The notes under the pieces were generated by a model, which had not been told where the DNA came from, did no database searches, and saw only the letters and a program-made list of their open reading frames with translations. A stretch of DNA of 64,000 nucleotides from an uncultured Bacteroidales bacterium (lineage in GTDB: Bacteria; Bacteroidota; Bacteroidia; Bacteroidales; UBA932), in the NCBI GenBank assembly GCA_947169015.1, contig CAMVOD010000002.1, forward strand, positions 53,855 through 117,854. The letters are read 5' to 3'. Positions 25,310 through 35,921 of the stretch are shown one piece after another (positions within the stretch are counted from its first letter, which is position 1; each line of letters starts with the position of its first letter). The position numbers and the translations under genes were made by a program.

Positions 25310-28120
25310 ATGTATCAGGATTTTGCATACAGACACAACGGCCCCCGGGATTTCCAGACAAAGGAGATGCTCGACGCCATAGGAGTGGAATCGCTCGATG
25401 AACTTATCAGCCAGACCGTGCCTGCGGACATCAGGCTCGACAAGCCTCTGAACCTGGCCCCTGCCGTCAGTGAAGCTGAATATCTGACATCGCTGAAAGA
25501 GATCGCCGCGAAGAACAAGCCCTTCCGCTCGATGATAGGAATGGGGTTCTACGGAACTGCTTCACCCTCCGTGATCATCCGCAACATTTTTGAGAATCCC
25601 AGCTGGTACACGTCATACACCCCTTATCAGTCCGAGATTTCGCAGGGAAGGCTCGAGGCGCTCATCGTCTTCCAGACAATGATCTCCTCCCTGACCGGCT
25701 TCCCTCTCTCCAACTGTTCGATGCTGGACGACGCCACGGCAGCCGCCGAGGCTATGAGGATGATGTTCAACCTGCGCAGCCGCAGTATGGTGCAGTCGGG
25801 GTATGACAAGCTGTTCGTCGACGAGAACATCTTCCCGCAGGTACTCTCGGTGCTGCAGACCCGCGCCAATCCGCTCGGCATCCACGTGGTCACCGGAGAT
25901 TTCCGCAAGGTGAACCTCAGCGACCGTTTCTTCGGCGCCATCGTCCAGTATCCCGCAGCCGACGGAGAAATCCGCGACTACAGCGAATTCTGCGCATCAG
26001 CCCACTCCAACGATGTGCTTGTAACTGCATACTGCGACCTGCTCGCGCTGACCCTCATCAAGGAGCCGGCCGCCTGGGGAGCTGACGTAGCTGTCGGTTC
26101 CGCCCAGCGCTTCGGCTTGCCGATGGGCTTCGGCGGCCCCACAGCAGGCTTTATGTCCACCCGCGACGAATTCAAGCGCAGTCTCCCCGGCCGCATCATC
26201 GGCGCGTCCGTGGACCGTCTCGGCAACAAAGGCTACCGCCTCGCCCTCCAGACCCGCGAACAGCACATCAAGCGCGACAAGGCCACCTCGAACATCTGCA
26301 CCGCCACAGCCCTGATGGCAATTATGACCGGTATGTATGCAGTATGGCACGGTCCGAAAGGTCTCCGCGAGATCGCGATGAAAGTCCACGGCTTCGCCCG
26401 CGACTTCGCCGCCAAACTCGTCAAGAGCGGCTACCGCATCGTGACGGACCGCTTCTTCGACACCATCGAGGTGATCGCCCCGAACTTCGAGGCCATCAGC
26501 GCCCGCGCGTTGGAGTCTGGATACAACTTCTGCTACACCGAAGACGGACACATCCGCATCAGCTTCGACGAGCTGTCTTCAGAGCAGGAGGCCGCCAAGC
26601 TGCGCGAGATCTTCAGCAGCGTGTCGGCTGTCCACGCCGAGCCCGCCTGTCCGGAATTTATGGCCCGCGAAACCCCGATTCTCACCGAGCCAGTCTTCAA
26701 CTCATATCACTGCGAGACAGAGATGATGCGTTACATCAAGAAGCTCGAACGCCGAGACATCTCCCTCACCCACAGTATGATCCCGCTCGGATCCTGCACG
26801 ATGAAGCTCAATGCCGCCACCGAGATGCTGCCTCTGAGCTGGTCTGAGTTCGGGAACGTCCATCCTTTCGCACCTCTGGCCCAGGCCAAGGGCACTATGA
26901 CCCTGATCACCGACCTCGAGAGAGACCTGGCCGTGATCACCGGCTTCGACGCCTGCTCCCTCCAGCCGAACAGCGGCGCCGCAGGCGAATATGCAGGCCT
27001 TATGACTATCCGCGGCTACCTCCACGCCAACGGGCAGGACGGCCGCGACATTATGCTGCTCCCGACCTCCGCACACGGCACCAACCCTGCATCTGCAGCT
27101 ATGGCCGGTTTCAACATCTCGCTGGTGAGCTGCGACGACAACGGCAATATCAATGTCGAGGAGCTCAAGGAGAAGGTCAGCCAGGCTGGCGACAGGCTTG
27201 CAGGCATAATGATCACCTATCCTTCGACCCACGGAGTGTTCGAAGCCCGCATCCGCGAGATCGTGGCTGCAGTCCACGACGGCGGAGGCCTCGTATATAT
27301 GGACGGAGCCAATATGAACGCCCAGGTCGGCCTTACCAACCCCGGCACCATAGGGGCTGACGTATGCCACCTCAACCTGCACAAGACCTTCGCGATGCCT
27401 CACGGCGGCGGCGGTCCCGGAGTCGGCCCTATCTGCTGCACGGAGGCCCTCAAGCCATATCTGCCCGGCCATCCCGTAGTTCCGCAGTGCGGCGGCAAAG
27501 GTATGACGGCAGTTTCGGCTGCACCTTTCGGCTCCGCCCTGCTGCTTCCCATAACCCACGCATACATCAAGATGCTGGGTGCAGAGGGACTGCGCAAGGC
27601 CAGCGAGATCGCCATACTCAACGCCAACTACATCTCCGCCAAGCTGAGACCCGAACTGGACACCCTCTACACCGGCACCACCGGCCGTGTGGCCCACGAA
27701 TGCATCATCGACCTGCGCCATTTCAAGGCTGAATACGGAGTCGACGCCACCGACGTCGCCAAGAGGCTGATGGACTTCGGCTTCCACGCCCCCACCCTCA
27801 GCTTCCCCGTACACGAGACCCTGATGGTGGAACCCACCGAGAGCGAATCTCTCGAAGAGCTCGACCGCTTCATCGAGGCCCTCAAGACCATCGTCGCAGA
27901 ATGCAAGGACATCAAGGCCGGCAAGCTTGACGCAGAAGACAACCCTGTCAGGATGGCTCCGCACACTGCCGCCGAGGTATGCGCCGACAACTGGACCCAC
28001 CCCTACTCAAGGGAACAGGCAGCATATCCTCTCGAGTGGATACGCGACAACAAGTTCTGGCCGTTCAGCGCCCGCATCGACAACGGATGGGGCGACCGCA
28101 ACCTCAACCCGAAGATTTGA
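25310..28120 (+). CDS. gcvP: Glycine dehydrogenase (aminomethyl-transferring), single-chain P protein
   Basis: 936 aa with the PLP-lysine motif HLNLHKTFAMPHGGGGPG. Confidence 0.95.
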   Translation: MYQDFAYRHNGPRDFQTKEMLDAIGVESLDELISQTVPADIRLDKPLNLAPAVSEAEYLTSLKEIAAKNKPFRSMIGMGFYGTASPSVIIRNIFENPSWYTSYTPYQSEISQGRLEALIVFQTMISSLTGFPLSNCSMLDDATAAAEAMRMMFNLRSRSMVQSGYDKLFVDENIFPQVLSVLQTRANPLGIHVVTGDFRKVNLSDRFFGAIVQYPAADGEIRDYSEFCASAHSNDVLVTAYCDLLALTLIKEPAAWGADVAVGSAQRFGLPMGFGGPTAGFMSTRDEFKRSLPGRIIGASVDRLGNKGYRLALQTREQHIKRDKATSNICTATALMAIMTGMYAVWHGPKGLREIAMKVHGFARDFAAKLVKSGYRIVTDRFFDTIEVIAPNFEAISARALESGYNFCYTEDGHIRISFDELSSEQEAAKLREIFSSVSAVHAEPACPEFMARETPILTEPVFNSYHCETEMMRYIKKLERRDISLTHSMIPLGSCTMKLNAATEMLPLSWSEFGNVHPFAPLAQAKGTMTLITDLERDLAVITGFDACSLQPNSGAAGEYAGLMTIRGYLHANGQDGRDIMLLPTSAHGTNPASAAMAGFNISLVSCDDNGNINVEELKEKVSQAGDRLAGIMITYPSTHGVFEARIREIVAAVHDGGGLVYMDGANMNAQVGLTNPGTIGADVCHLNLHKTFAMPHGGGGPGVGPICCTEALKPYLPGHPVVPQCGGKGMTAVSAAPFGSALLLPITHAYIKMLGAEGLRKASEIAILNANYISAKLRPELDTLYTGTTGRVAHECIIDLRHFKAEYGVDATDVAKRLMDFGFHAPTLSFPVHETLMVEPTESESLEELDRFIEALKTIVAECKDIKAGKLDAEDNPVRMAPHTAAEVCADNWTHPYSREQAAYPLEWIRDNKFWPFSARIDNGWGDRNLNPKI

Positions 28121-28140
28121 CGCTAATCAATAAATATTTG

Positions 28141-28148
28141 TAACTTTG
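28141..28148 (+). promoter_or_regulatory. Candidate -7 promoter box (TAACTTTG) for pgk
   Basis: TAnnTTTG match 31 nt upstream of ATG 28180. Confidence 0.45.
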
Positions 28149-28179
28149 CCGTCTCGACAATAAACAAACATACAATATT

Positions 28180-29430
28180 ATGCAAAACATCTCCAGCTAC
28201 GATTTCACAGGCAAAAGAGCCATTGTCAGGGTGGACTTCAACGTTCCTCTGGATGAAAATTTCAAAATTACCGACGACACCCGCATCAGGGCTGCCATCC
28301 CCACTTTGAAGAAAGTGCTCGAGAAAGGCGGTTCCCTCATCATTATGTCCCACCTCGGACGTCCGAAGGGTGTTGACAACAAGTTCTCTCTGAAACACAT
28401 CATCTACCGTGTAGAGGAGCTGCTCGGAGTCAAGGTCCAGTTCGCTGACGACTGTATGAAGGCCGGCGCACAGGCTGCCGCCCTCAAGCCGGGTGAAGTC
28501 CTGCTGCTCGAAAACCTCCGCTTCTACGCAGAAGAGGAAGGCAAGCCCAGAGGTCTGAAAGACGACGCTACCGACGAGGAGAAGAAGGCTGCCAAAGCCG
28601 CTGTCAAAGCCAGCCAGAAAGAGTTCGTCAAGACTCTCGCAAGCTACGCTGACTGCTACATCAACGACGCTTTCGGAACTGCCCACCGCGCCCACGGTTC
28701 AACCGCCCTCATCGCTTCATACTTCCCGAACGACAAGATGTTCGGCTACGTGATGGAAGGCGAGATCACAGCCATTGACAAAGTGCTCGGCAACCCCGCA
28801 CGTCCCCTCACTGCCATCATCGGCGGCGCCAAGGTCTCATCTAAGATCGGCATCATCGAGCATCTGCTCGACCTCGTCGACAACCTGATCATCGGCGGCG
28901 GTATGGTTTACACCTTCAAGAAAGCCCAGGGCGGCAAGATCGGCAACTCCCTCTGCGAAGACGACCAGCAGGAAGTGGCTCTGAACATCCTCGCCAAGGC
29001 TAAGGAGAAAGGCGTGAACATCGTCCTCTCAGACAAAGTCGTTGCTGCAGACGCATTTGCAAACGACGCCAAGACCATCGTATGCGACTCTGACAACATT
29101 CCTGACGGATTCGAAGGTATGGACGCAGCTCCCGAGTCAATCGAGGCTGCCAAGGCCATCATTATGAAGTCCAAGACCATCCTCTGGAACGGTCCTGTAG
29201 GCGTGTTCGAGATGCCCAATTTCGCAATCGGCACCAACGCCATCGCCCAGGCTCTCAAAGAGGCCACCGACAACGGCGCGTTCACCCTCGTGGGCGGCGG
29301 CGACTCAGTGGCTGCAGTCACTCAGATGGGCTATGCCGACAAGGTAAGCTACGTATCTACCGGCGGCGGCGCAATGCTCGAGTACCTCGAGGGCAAAGTC
29401 CTCCCCGGCATCGCTGCCATCAGGGAGTAA
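28180..29430 (+). CDS. pgk: Phosphoglycerate kinase
   Basis: 416 aa with RVDFNVPLD and the C-terminal [13 protein letters not shown]. Confidence 0.95.
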   Translation: MQNISSYDFTGKRAIVRVDFNVPLDENFKITDDTRIRAAIPTLKKVLEKGGSLIIMSHLGRPKGVDNKFSLKHIIYRVEELLGVKVQFADDCMKAGAQAAALKPGEVLLLENLRFYAEEEGKPRGLKDDATDEEKKAAKAAVKASQKEFVKTLASYADCYINDAFGTAHRAHGSTALIASYFPNDKMFGYVMEGEITAIDKVLGNPARPLTAIIGGAKVSSKIGIIEHLLDLVDNLIIGGGMVYTFKKAQGGKIGNSLCEDDQQEVALNILAKAKEKGVNIVLSDKVVAADAFANDAKTIVCDSDNIPDGFEGMDAAPESIEAAKAIIMKSKTILWNGPVGVFEMPNFAIGTNAIAQALKEATDNGAFTLVGGGDSVAAVTQMGYADKVSYVSTGGGAMLEYLEGKVLPGIAAIRE

Positions 29431-29454
29431 TCCTTCGCCAGGACATACTTCAAA

Positions 29455-29487
29455 CCCCGCAGGCGCAGGCCTGCGGGGTTTTGTTTT
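29455..29487 (+). terminator. Rho-independent terminator after pgk
   Basis: CCCCGCAGG (29455-29463) pairs with CCTGCGGGG (29470-29478), followed by TTTTGTTTT. Confidence 0.8.
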
Positions 29488-29553
29488 ATCCGCCGGGCGG
29501 TTGACGGTTCTGTAATATTTTAGTACCTTTATAGGTTGAATAATTTTCATCCT

Positions 29554-32190
29554 ATGAAACGACTTTATGCCATCAGCTTTCTGCTGACCCTCATACTCTC
29601 CCTGTATTCCTGCCAGGAGCCGGAAGTACAGGTGAAAAGCATCACCCTCAACTCCGCCGCGCTGTCCCTGACCGAAGGGGAAAGTTTCAATCTTACAGCC
29701 ACTGTCAGCCCCGACAACGCCACTGACAAGACTGTGCTGTGGAGTTCTTCGAACGCCAGCATCGCCAGCGTCGACCAGGGAGTGGTCACTGCCGTCAAGG
29801 AGGGTTCAGCCACCATCACCGTTGCCAGCAGGGACGGCGGAGCGAAGGCTTCCTGCGAAGTGACGGTCACTTCTGCCGTGGTGGAAGTTGAATCCGTCAC
29901 CCTGAACGAAAAAGAAGCGACGCTGACTGTCGGCCAGACGCTGAAGCTCGCGGCCACAGTCCTGCCTGAAAACGCGACTGACAAGGCCGTTACGTGGACT
30001 TCCAACAACACTGCCGTGGCGACTGTCGCCGACGGAGTCGTGACTGCGGTCAAGGTCGGCACGGCTTCCATCACCGCAACCGCGGGCGGAAAGAACGCCA
30101 GCTGCACCATAACCGTCAAGGAGGCGTACATCGACGTGACTTCGGTGACTCTCGACAAGACCAGCTACTCCCTGCTGGAAGGCGAGAGCTTCACCCTCAA
30201 GGCCACCGTCAAGCCGGACGACGCCAGCGACAAGACTGTGACCTGGACTTCTTCCGATGAAAAAGTAGTCACAGTATACGGAGGCACCGTGAAAGCCGTC
30301 GGTCCCGGCACCGCCACGGTCACTGCCACCGCCGGCAAGGTGTCCGCCACCTGCGAAGTGCAGGTCAGCGCGAGGATAGCGGTCGCCGAAGTCATCCTGG
30401 ACATCAAGAAACTCACGCTGGACGTGGGCCAGACTGAGACCCTGACCGCCACTGTCCTGCCCGAGAACGCCACTGACAAGACCATCATCTGGACTTCATC
30501 TGACGAAGATGTCGCCACTGTCCGCGGGGGAACTGTCAAGGGCGTCGCCGAAGGCACCGCCACCATAACCGCCACTGCCGGGGAGAAATCCGCAAGCTGC
30601 ACAGTCACTGTCAAGACAGTGCCGCTGCAGGCCATCTCCCTCGACAAGACCGAGCTTAACCTGGACCCCGGCCAGACCGAATACCTCGAAGTCAAATTCC
30701 ACCCCGAAAACGCCACCGACAAGACCGTCATCTGGCTGTCCGGCGACGAGTCTGTCGCCGAAGTGAACAGCTACGGCAAAGTGACAGCCAACAATCCGGG
30801 CAAGACAACCATCACTGCCAAGGCCGGCGACCTGACGGCCACCTGCGAAGTGACGGTGAACAACACCAACTACCTGACTATTGTCAACAACAGCAAGTCC
30901 ACCGGCGACATAACCATCAAGAGCAACGGCACAGGCGCACCCACCATCGCCCTGAGCTATTCAAGCGACGGCAAGGAGTGGAAGGAAATCACCCTCAAGG
31001 CTATGGAGAGCGGCACCATCCTGCTGCCCGCCGGAGGCTCGGTACGTCTCTACGGCGAGAACCCGTACTACGGCAGGAACTCCAGCTCGAGCATAGGTTT
31101 CTGGTCCATCAGGGTCAACGTGCCCCACAATCTATCTGGAGATATTATGAGCCTGTGCGGCTACGCCACGGATATGACGAGCGACTACCAGTTCTACAGG
31201 CTGTTCTATTCAGACGTCAACCTTGAATCTGCGGAAGGCCTCAAGCTGACCGCGAAAAAGCTCTCTCCGAGCTGCTACCGCTCTATGTTCCAGGGCTGCA
31301 CCGCTCTGAAGAAGGCGCCGGCGATCCAGGCCAAAACGATGGATGCGCGCAGCTGCGAATCGATGTTCGAAAAATGCACCGCACTCGAAGAGGTTCCTTC
31401 GCTCCCCGTAACGGACCTGACCAAGGCAGACTATTGCTACCTGTCGATGTTCAAAGGCTGCACTTCATTGAAGAAGGGCGGCAAACTGCCCGCCACGACG
31501 CTGGCCCTGAGGTGCTATGAATCTATGTTCCAGGATTGCACCGCACTGGCCGAAGCTCCCGCCCTGCCGGCGGAGAAGCTCGCCAATTACTGCTACCAGT
31601 CGATGTTCCAGGGTTGCACCGCACTGGCCAAGGCTCCCGCCCTCAACGCCACTGCGCTGGCGATGATGTGTTACTCCCAGATGTTCAACGGCTGCTCCGC
31701 TCTCAAGAAAGCCCCCGAGCTCCCCGCCATCGTGATGTCTGCAGGCTGTTATATGGGAATGTTCCAAGGCTGCTCAGCTCTCGAGGAGGCTCCCGAGCTC
31801 CCTGCCAAGTCGCTGGCCCATTCGTGCTACTACGGTATGTTCTCCGGCTGCCTCGCCCTCGCCAAGGCTCCCGAGCTGCCTGCCCAGAAGCTTGCCGCCA
31901 GCTGCTACGATATGATGTTCTCCACTTGCATCGCCCTGACAGCCGCTCCTGCGCTGCCTGCCCCGAAGCTGGCCGAAAAATGCTACGAGAAGATGTTCTA
32001 CAACTGCCGCAACCTGAATGAAGTGACCTGCCTGGCCACTGACATATCAGCGAAGGATTGCACCACAGACTGGCTGTTCTATACCGCCGCCGAAGGCACC
32101 TTCACAAAAGCTAAAGAGATGACCAAATGGGGCGCAGGCCCCTCCGGAATCCCTACCGGATGGACAGTGGAAGATGCCGAAGATGAATAA
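29554..32190 (+). CDS. Surface lipoprotein with five Big_2 (bacterial Ig-like) domains and ten ~26-aa Cys-containing leucine-rich repeats (BspA-like)
   Basis: Start set at ATG 29554 (MKRLYAISFLLTLILSLYSC lipobox); the track start at 29536 is TTG. There are 5 units of about 82 aa containing V.P.NATDKTV.W.SS....A.V. There are 10 units of the form LPA..LA..CY..MF.GC.AL..AP. The C-terminus contains GIPTGWTV. Confidence 0.85.
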   Translation: MKRLYAISFLLTLILSLYSCQEPEVQVKSITLNSAALSLTEGESFNLTATVSPDNATDKTVLWSSSNASIASVDQGVVTAVKEGSATITVASRDGGAKASCEVTVTSAVVEVESVTLNEKEATLTVGQTLKLAATVLPENATDKAVTWTSNNTAVATVADGVVTAVKVGTASITATAGGKNASCTITVKEAYIDVTSVTLDKTSYSLLEGESFTLKATVKPDDASDKTVTWTSSDEKVVTVYGGTVKAVGPGTATVTATAGKVSATCEVQVSARIAVAEVILDIKKLTLDVGQTETLTATVLPENATDKTIIWTSSDEDVATVRGGTVKGVAEGTATITATAGEKSASCTVTVKTVPLQAISLDKTELNLDPGQTEYLEVKFHPENATDKTVIWLSGDESVAEVNSYGKVTANNPGKTTITAKAGDLTATCEVTVNNTNYLTIVNNSKSTGDITIKSNGTGAPTIALSYSSDGKEWKEITLKAMESGTILLPAGGSVRLYGENPYYGRNSSSSIGFWSIRVNVPHNLSGDIMSLCGYATDMTSDYQFYRLFYSDVNLESAEGLKLTAKKLSPSCYRSMFQGCTALKKAPAIQAKTMDARSCESMFEKCTALEEVPSLPVTDLTKADYCYLSMFKGCTSLKKGGKLPATTLALRCYESMFQDCTALAEAPALPAEKLANYCYQSMFQGCTALAKAPALNATALAMMCYSQMFNGCSALKKAPELPAIVMSAGCYMGMFQGCSALEEAPELPAKSLAHSCYYGMFSGCLALAKAPELPAQKLAASCYDMMFSTCIALTAAPALPAPKLAEKCYEKMFYNCRNLNEVTCLATDISAKDCTTDWLFYTAAEGTFTKAKEMTKWGAGPSGIPTGWTVEDAEDE

Positions 32191-32216
32191 TCAATACAAC
32201 TAAATAAACTTCCGTT

Positions 32217-33572
32217 ATGAACAAAAAACTGATCTTCACGCTTGCAATCGCACTGTTCTCAGCAGTGATTGTCAATGCTCAGAATCCCATCATCCGCGAC
32301 CAGTTCACGGCTGACCCCAGCGCCCACTACTTCGAGGGCAGGGTGTATGTCTATCCTTCACACGACATTCCCGCACCGGTCGATTACGCCCGCAAAGACT
32401 GGTTCTGTATGGAAGACTACCACGTCTTTTCTTCTGACAATCTCGTCGACTGGGTAGACCACGGCAGGATCATCACCCAGAATGAGGTTCCGTGGGTACA
32501 GCCCAACTCCTTCCAGATGTGGGCTCCTGACTGCAACTACAAGAACGGCAAGTATTACTTCTACTTCCCCGCCACAGGTAAGCGCGTAAACGGCCAGAGG
32601 CCTGACGGCAGCATCGGAGTCGCAATCTCCGACACTCCTTACGGCCCGTTCGTCCCGCAGGAGACAGCCATCAAGGGGACCTTCGGCATCGACCCCTGCT
32701 GCTTCATCGACGATGACGGCCAGGCCTATCTCGTATGGGCAGGCGGCGGACTTACGATCTGCAAGCTGAAAGACAATATGCTTGAGCTGGACGGAACCCC
32801 CGTAAGGATCGACGCCATTCCGAAAGGAATGAGCGAGGGCCCGTACCTCTTCAAGGCCAACGGCAAATACTACTTCAGCTTCCCCTGGGTAGAGGCTGAG
32901 CGCGAGTGCCTCGCCTACTGTATGGCCGACAACCCGATGGGTCCCTACAAATTCGTGGGCAAGATTATGGAACAGCACGCTGACGTCTGCTGGACCAACC
33001 ACCACTCAGTAGTTGAAGTTGACGGACAGTGGTATCTGTTCTATCATCACAACGACTACTCACCTTACTTCGACAAGAACCGCTCTGTATGCGTGGACAG
33101 CCTCTTCTTCAACGCAGACGGCACCATCCAGCCCGTCAAGCCGACCAAGCGCGGCGTCGGCATCACCAAGGCCACCAGCCAGATCCAGGTCGACCGCTAC
33201 TCTGACATCAAAGATACCTGCACCGACATCCAGTTCGTCAATGCCGACCGTACTTTCGACGGCTGGAAGGTGATCCTCAACAACACCATCCAGGAGAAGG
33301 AGCCCATCTGGGTAAGGTACAACAAGGTGGATTTCGGCAAGGACAAGCTCACCACAGCGACGATGAAAGTCCTCTCCCTCGCCGGCGGCAAGGTGGACGT
33401 AAGGCTCGACGCTATTGACGGCCCGACCATCGCCAGCTTCAATGTGGCTGGAAATACCGGCTGGGTTGAGAACAAGATTCCGATGTCCGACTTCAAACCC
33501 GGCATCCACGACCTCTTCGTAGTAATGACAGACGGCAGCTGCATCCAGATCGACTGGGTAAGCTTCAAATAA
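32217..33572 (+). CDS. Glycoside hydrolase family 43 with C-terminal CBM6-like module
   Basis: Signal peptide. GH43 N-terminus NPIIRDQFTADPSAHYFEGRVYVYPSHD. The C-terminus IQVDRYSD...VDFGKD...VDVRLDAIDGP...TGW...HDLFVV...IDWVSF follows the CBM6 pattern. Confidence 0.85.
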   Translation: MNKKLIFTLAIALFSAVIVNAQNPIIRDQFTADPSAHYFEGRVYVYPSHDIPAPVDYARKDWFCMEDYHVFSSDNLVDWVDHGRIITQNEVPWVQPNSFQMWAPDCNYKNGKYYFYFPATGKRVNGQRPDGSIGVAISDTPYGPFVPQETAIKGTFGIDPCCFIDDDGQAYLVWAGGGLTICKLKDNMLELDGTPVRIDAIPKGMSEGPYLFKANGKYYFSFPWVEAERECLAYCMADNPMGPYKFVGKIMEQHADVCWTNHHSVVEVDGQWYLFYHHNDYSPYFDKNRSVCVDSLFFNADGTIQPVKPTKRGVGITKATSQIQVDRYSDIKDTCTDIQFVNADRTFDGWKVILNNTIQEKEPIWVRYNKVDFGKDKLTTATMKVLSLAGGKVDVRLDAIDGPTIASFNVAGNTGWVENKIPMSDFKPGIHDLFVVMTDGSCIQIDWVSFK

Positions 33573-33581
33573 AGTCAGGCG

Positions 33582-35909
33582 ATGAGAATCTTCCGGCAGA
33601 ATCCGACGGCGGCGGCACTGGTGATCTGTGCTGCTGCACTCCTGTGCGCCTGCAAAAGCAGCGGCACTGGTGAAATAAGTATAATCCCGGTCCCTACCAG
33701 GCTTGAGGTCAAGGAAGACGCTCCCTTCAAGATAACGTCTTCGACAGTGCTGGTGGCCCGCACGGACGACGAGCGCGCCACCGCCGGATTCTTCGCTGCC
33801 AAGATTGCGGCTTCCACCGGCAAGACCCTTACCGTATCATCGGAAGCAGCGGCGTCTGACGCCATCATCTTTTCAATCGACCCTTCCGCCGGCATTCCGG
33901 AGGAAGGGTATACTTTAGAGGCAGGCGGTGATGCCGTCTGCATTACGGCCGGCGACAGCGACGGTCTGTTCTACGGTATGCAGACGCTTCTGCAGCTGCT
34001 GCCGCCCCAGACCCAGAGCGAGAGCGTCGTCCGCGGCCTCGACCTCTCTATCCCCGCCGTAAGCATCTCCGATGCGCCCCGCTTCCACTACCGCGGTATG
34101 CACATCGACCCCTGCCGTCACTGGCGCGACGCCGACTGGGTGAAGAAGCAGCTTGACGTGATGGCTATGTTCAAGTACAACAAGCTCCACTTCCACCTCA
34201 CCGAAGACCAGGGCTGGCGCATCGAGATCAAGAAATATCCCAAGCTGACCAGCTTCGGTCCCTACTATACGCAGGAAGAGCTGCGCGACATCGTGGCCTA
34301 TGCCGCCGAGCGGCACATCGACGTGATTCCGGAGCTTGAAATCCCCGGCCACGAGATGGTCGCCATAGCTGCATATCCCTGGCTGTGCTGCGAGGAGGGC
34401 GAGTACGAACCGCGCAAGATCTGGGGTGTGGAGAACATCGTGATGTGCCCCGGCAAGGAAAGTACCTTCGAATTCCTCGAGGACGTCATCGACGAGATGG
34501 TGCAGATCTTCCCCTACGAAATCTTCCACATCGGCGGCGATGAAAGTCCGAGGGAGATGTGGGAGAAATGCCCTCTCTGCCAGAAACGCATCCGCGACGA
34601 GCACCTGGCGGGCGACGAGAGCAAGTTCAGCAACGAAGACCGCCTCCAGAGTTATGTAGTGCGCCGCATCGAGAAATACCTCAACGGCAAGGGCAGGCGC
34701 ATTATGGGCTGGGACGAGATCCTCGAAGGCGACATCGACCCATCTGCCATCATAATGTCGTGGAGGGGCCTGCAGGGCGGCATCACAGGTGCTGAACACG
34801 GCCACCAGGTGGTTATGACTCCCTCGAGCAACGGTATGTACCTCGACTACTACCAGGGCGACCGCAAGATCGAGCCGGTGGGCATCGGCAACTACTTCAC
34901 TATGGAAAGGGTCTATGAATACGACCCCATCCCCGAAGAAGTCGCATCCCTCGGCCTTGAGAGCTACATCCTCGGCGTGCAGTGCAACAACTGGTCGGAA
35001 TATTTCTACACCGATTCTGTGGCAGAATACCGCACCTGGCCGCGTGCCGTGGCTGTCAGCGAAATCGCCTGGAGCCAGCCCGAAAACAAGGACTGGGAAG
35101 ATTTCCTGCGCAGGCTCGATGGCGCTCACCTGAGGCTGGATATGCACCACATCTACTATCACATCCCTCAGCCCGAGCAGCCCGGCGGCTCCTGCAACAC
35201 AGTGGCGTTCAGCGACAGCACCACTGTCACCTTCAAGACCACCAGACCCGTCAAAATGGTCTACACCCTCAACGGCAAGGAGCCGACTGCCCGCAGCCGC
35301 GAGTACACCGCTCCGCTTCAATTCACTGACAACGCCACTCTCAAGATACGCTCCGTGCTGCCTACAGGCGAGATGAGCCCCGTACGCACCATCTCCATCG
35401 TCAAGATGGACCCGCTGCCCGCGGTCAAACCCACCAAGCCCCTGCTCCAGGGCCTGGAGATGTCCACCACTCCCGGCGAGTTCTTCAACTCGGATGAGCT
35501 TTTCGCTGCCGACAGGGTATGGACGGTGCAGAACATCACGAAGCTCCGCGAGATCAGCGCGCAGTCCGTCACCGACGCCCATATGCGCGGCGTGGAGCAA
35601 TATGCCGCGATTGCCGAGGGCTATGTCAGGATTGACGCCACCGACGTCTATTACATCTCATCGAACAACAACGAGGTGTGGATCGACGGCCGCCTTGTCA
35701 TCGACAACAACAATGAAGTCAAGCGCTACAGCCGCCGCGACAACTGCCTCGTGCTCGAAGCCGGACTCCATCAGGTGAAGATTGTCTTCCTGGGTCACAT
35801 CCTCGGCGGAGTTCCGTCCAACTGGGACAGTGCAGCCATCGCCCTCCGCGCCAAAGGCGACGCCTCCTTCAGGAACATTCCTGACAGCGCATATTTCAGG
35901 GCGGAGTAA
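33582..35909 (+). CDS. Beta-N-acetylhexosaminidase (GH20) lipoprotein with C-terminal accessory domains
   Basis: Lipobox LLCAC. Motifs HIDPCRHW, HFHLTEDQGWRIEI and catalytic HIGGDE. 775 aa. Confidence 0.9.
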   Translation: MRIFRQNPTAAALVICAAALLCACKSSGTGEISIIPVPTRLEVKEDAPFKITSSTVLVARTDDERATAGFFAAKIAASTGKTLTVSSEAAASDAIIFSIDPSAGIPEEGYTLEAGGDAVCITAGDSDGLFYGMQTLLQLLPPQTQSESVVRGLDLSIPAVSISDAPRFHYRGMHIDPCRHWRDADWVKKQLDVMAMFKYNKLHFHLTEDQGWRIEIKKYPKLTSFGPYYTQEELRDIVAYAAERHIDVIPELEIPGHEMVAIAAYPWLCCEEGEYEPRKIWGVENIVMCPGKESTFEFLEDVIDEMVQIFPYEIFHIGGDESPREMWEKCPLCQKRIRDEHLAGDESKFSNEDRLQSYVVRRIEKYLNGKGRRIMGWDEILEGDIDPSAIIMSWRGLQGGITGAEHGHQVVMTPSSNGMYLDYYQGDRKIEPVGIGNYFTMERVYEYDPIPEEVASLGLESYILGVQCNNWSEYFYTDSVAEYRTWPRAVAVSEIAWSQPENKDWEDFLRRLDGAHLRLDMHHIYYHIPQPEQPGGSCNTVAFSDSTTVTFKTTRPVKMVYTLNGKEPTARSREYTAPLQFTDNATLKIRSVLPTGEMSPVRTISIVKMDPLPAVKPTKPLLQGLEMSTTPGEFFNSDELFAADRVWTVQNITKLREISAQSVTDAHMRGVEQYAAIAEGYVRIDATDVYYISSNNNEVWIDGRLVIDNNNEVKRYSRRDNCLVLEAGLHQVKIVFLGHILGGVPSNWDSAAIALRAKGDASFRNIPDSAYFRAE

Positions 35910-35921
35910 TGAAATAGTGGA

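Noticed and set aside
26702-28000. 432-aa ORF on the minus strand, and similar long antisense ORFs (900-1904, 19672-20589, 24169-25137, 33915-35600, 37429-38364, 40974-42164, 47445-48347, 48647-49861, 62855-63730)
   Set aside because: Each lies entirely opposite a confidently identified gene (gcvP, the kinase, mreB, rodA, GH20, lgt, hemW, holB, PSP1, C69). They are GC3-driven open frames with no recognisable domains.
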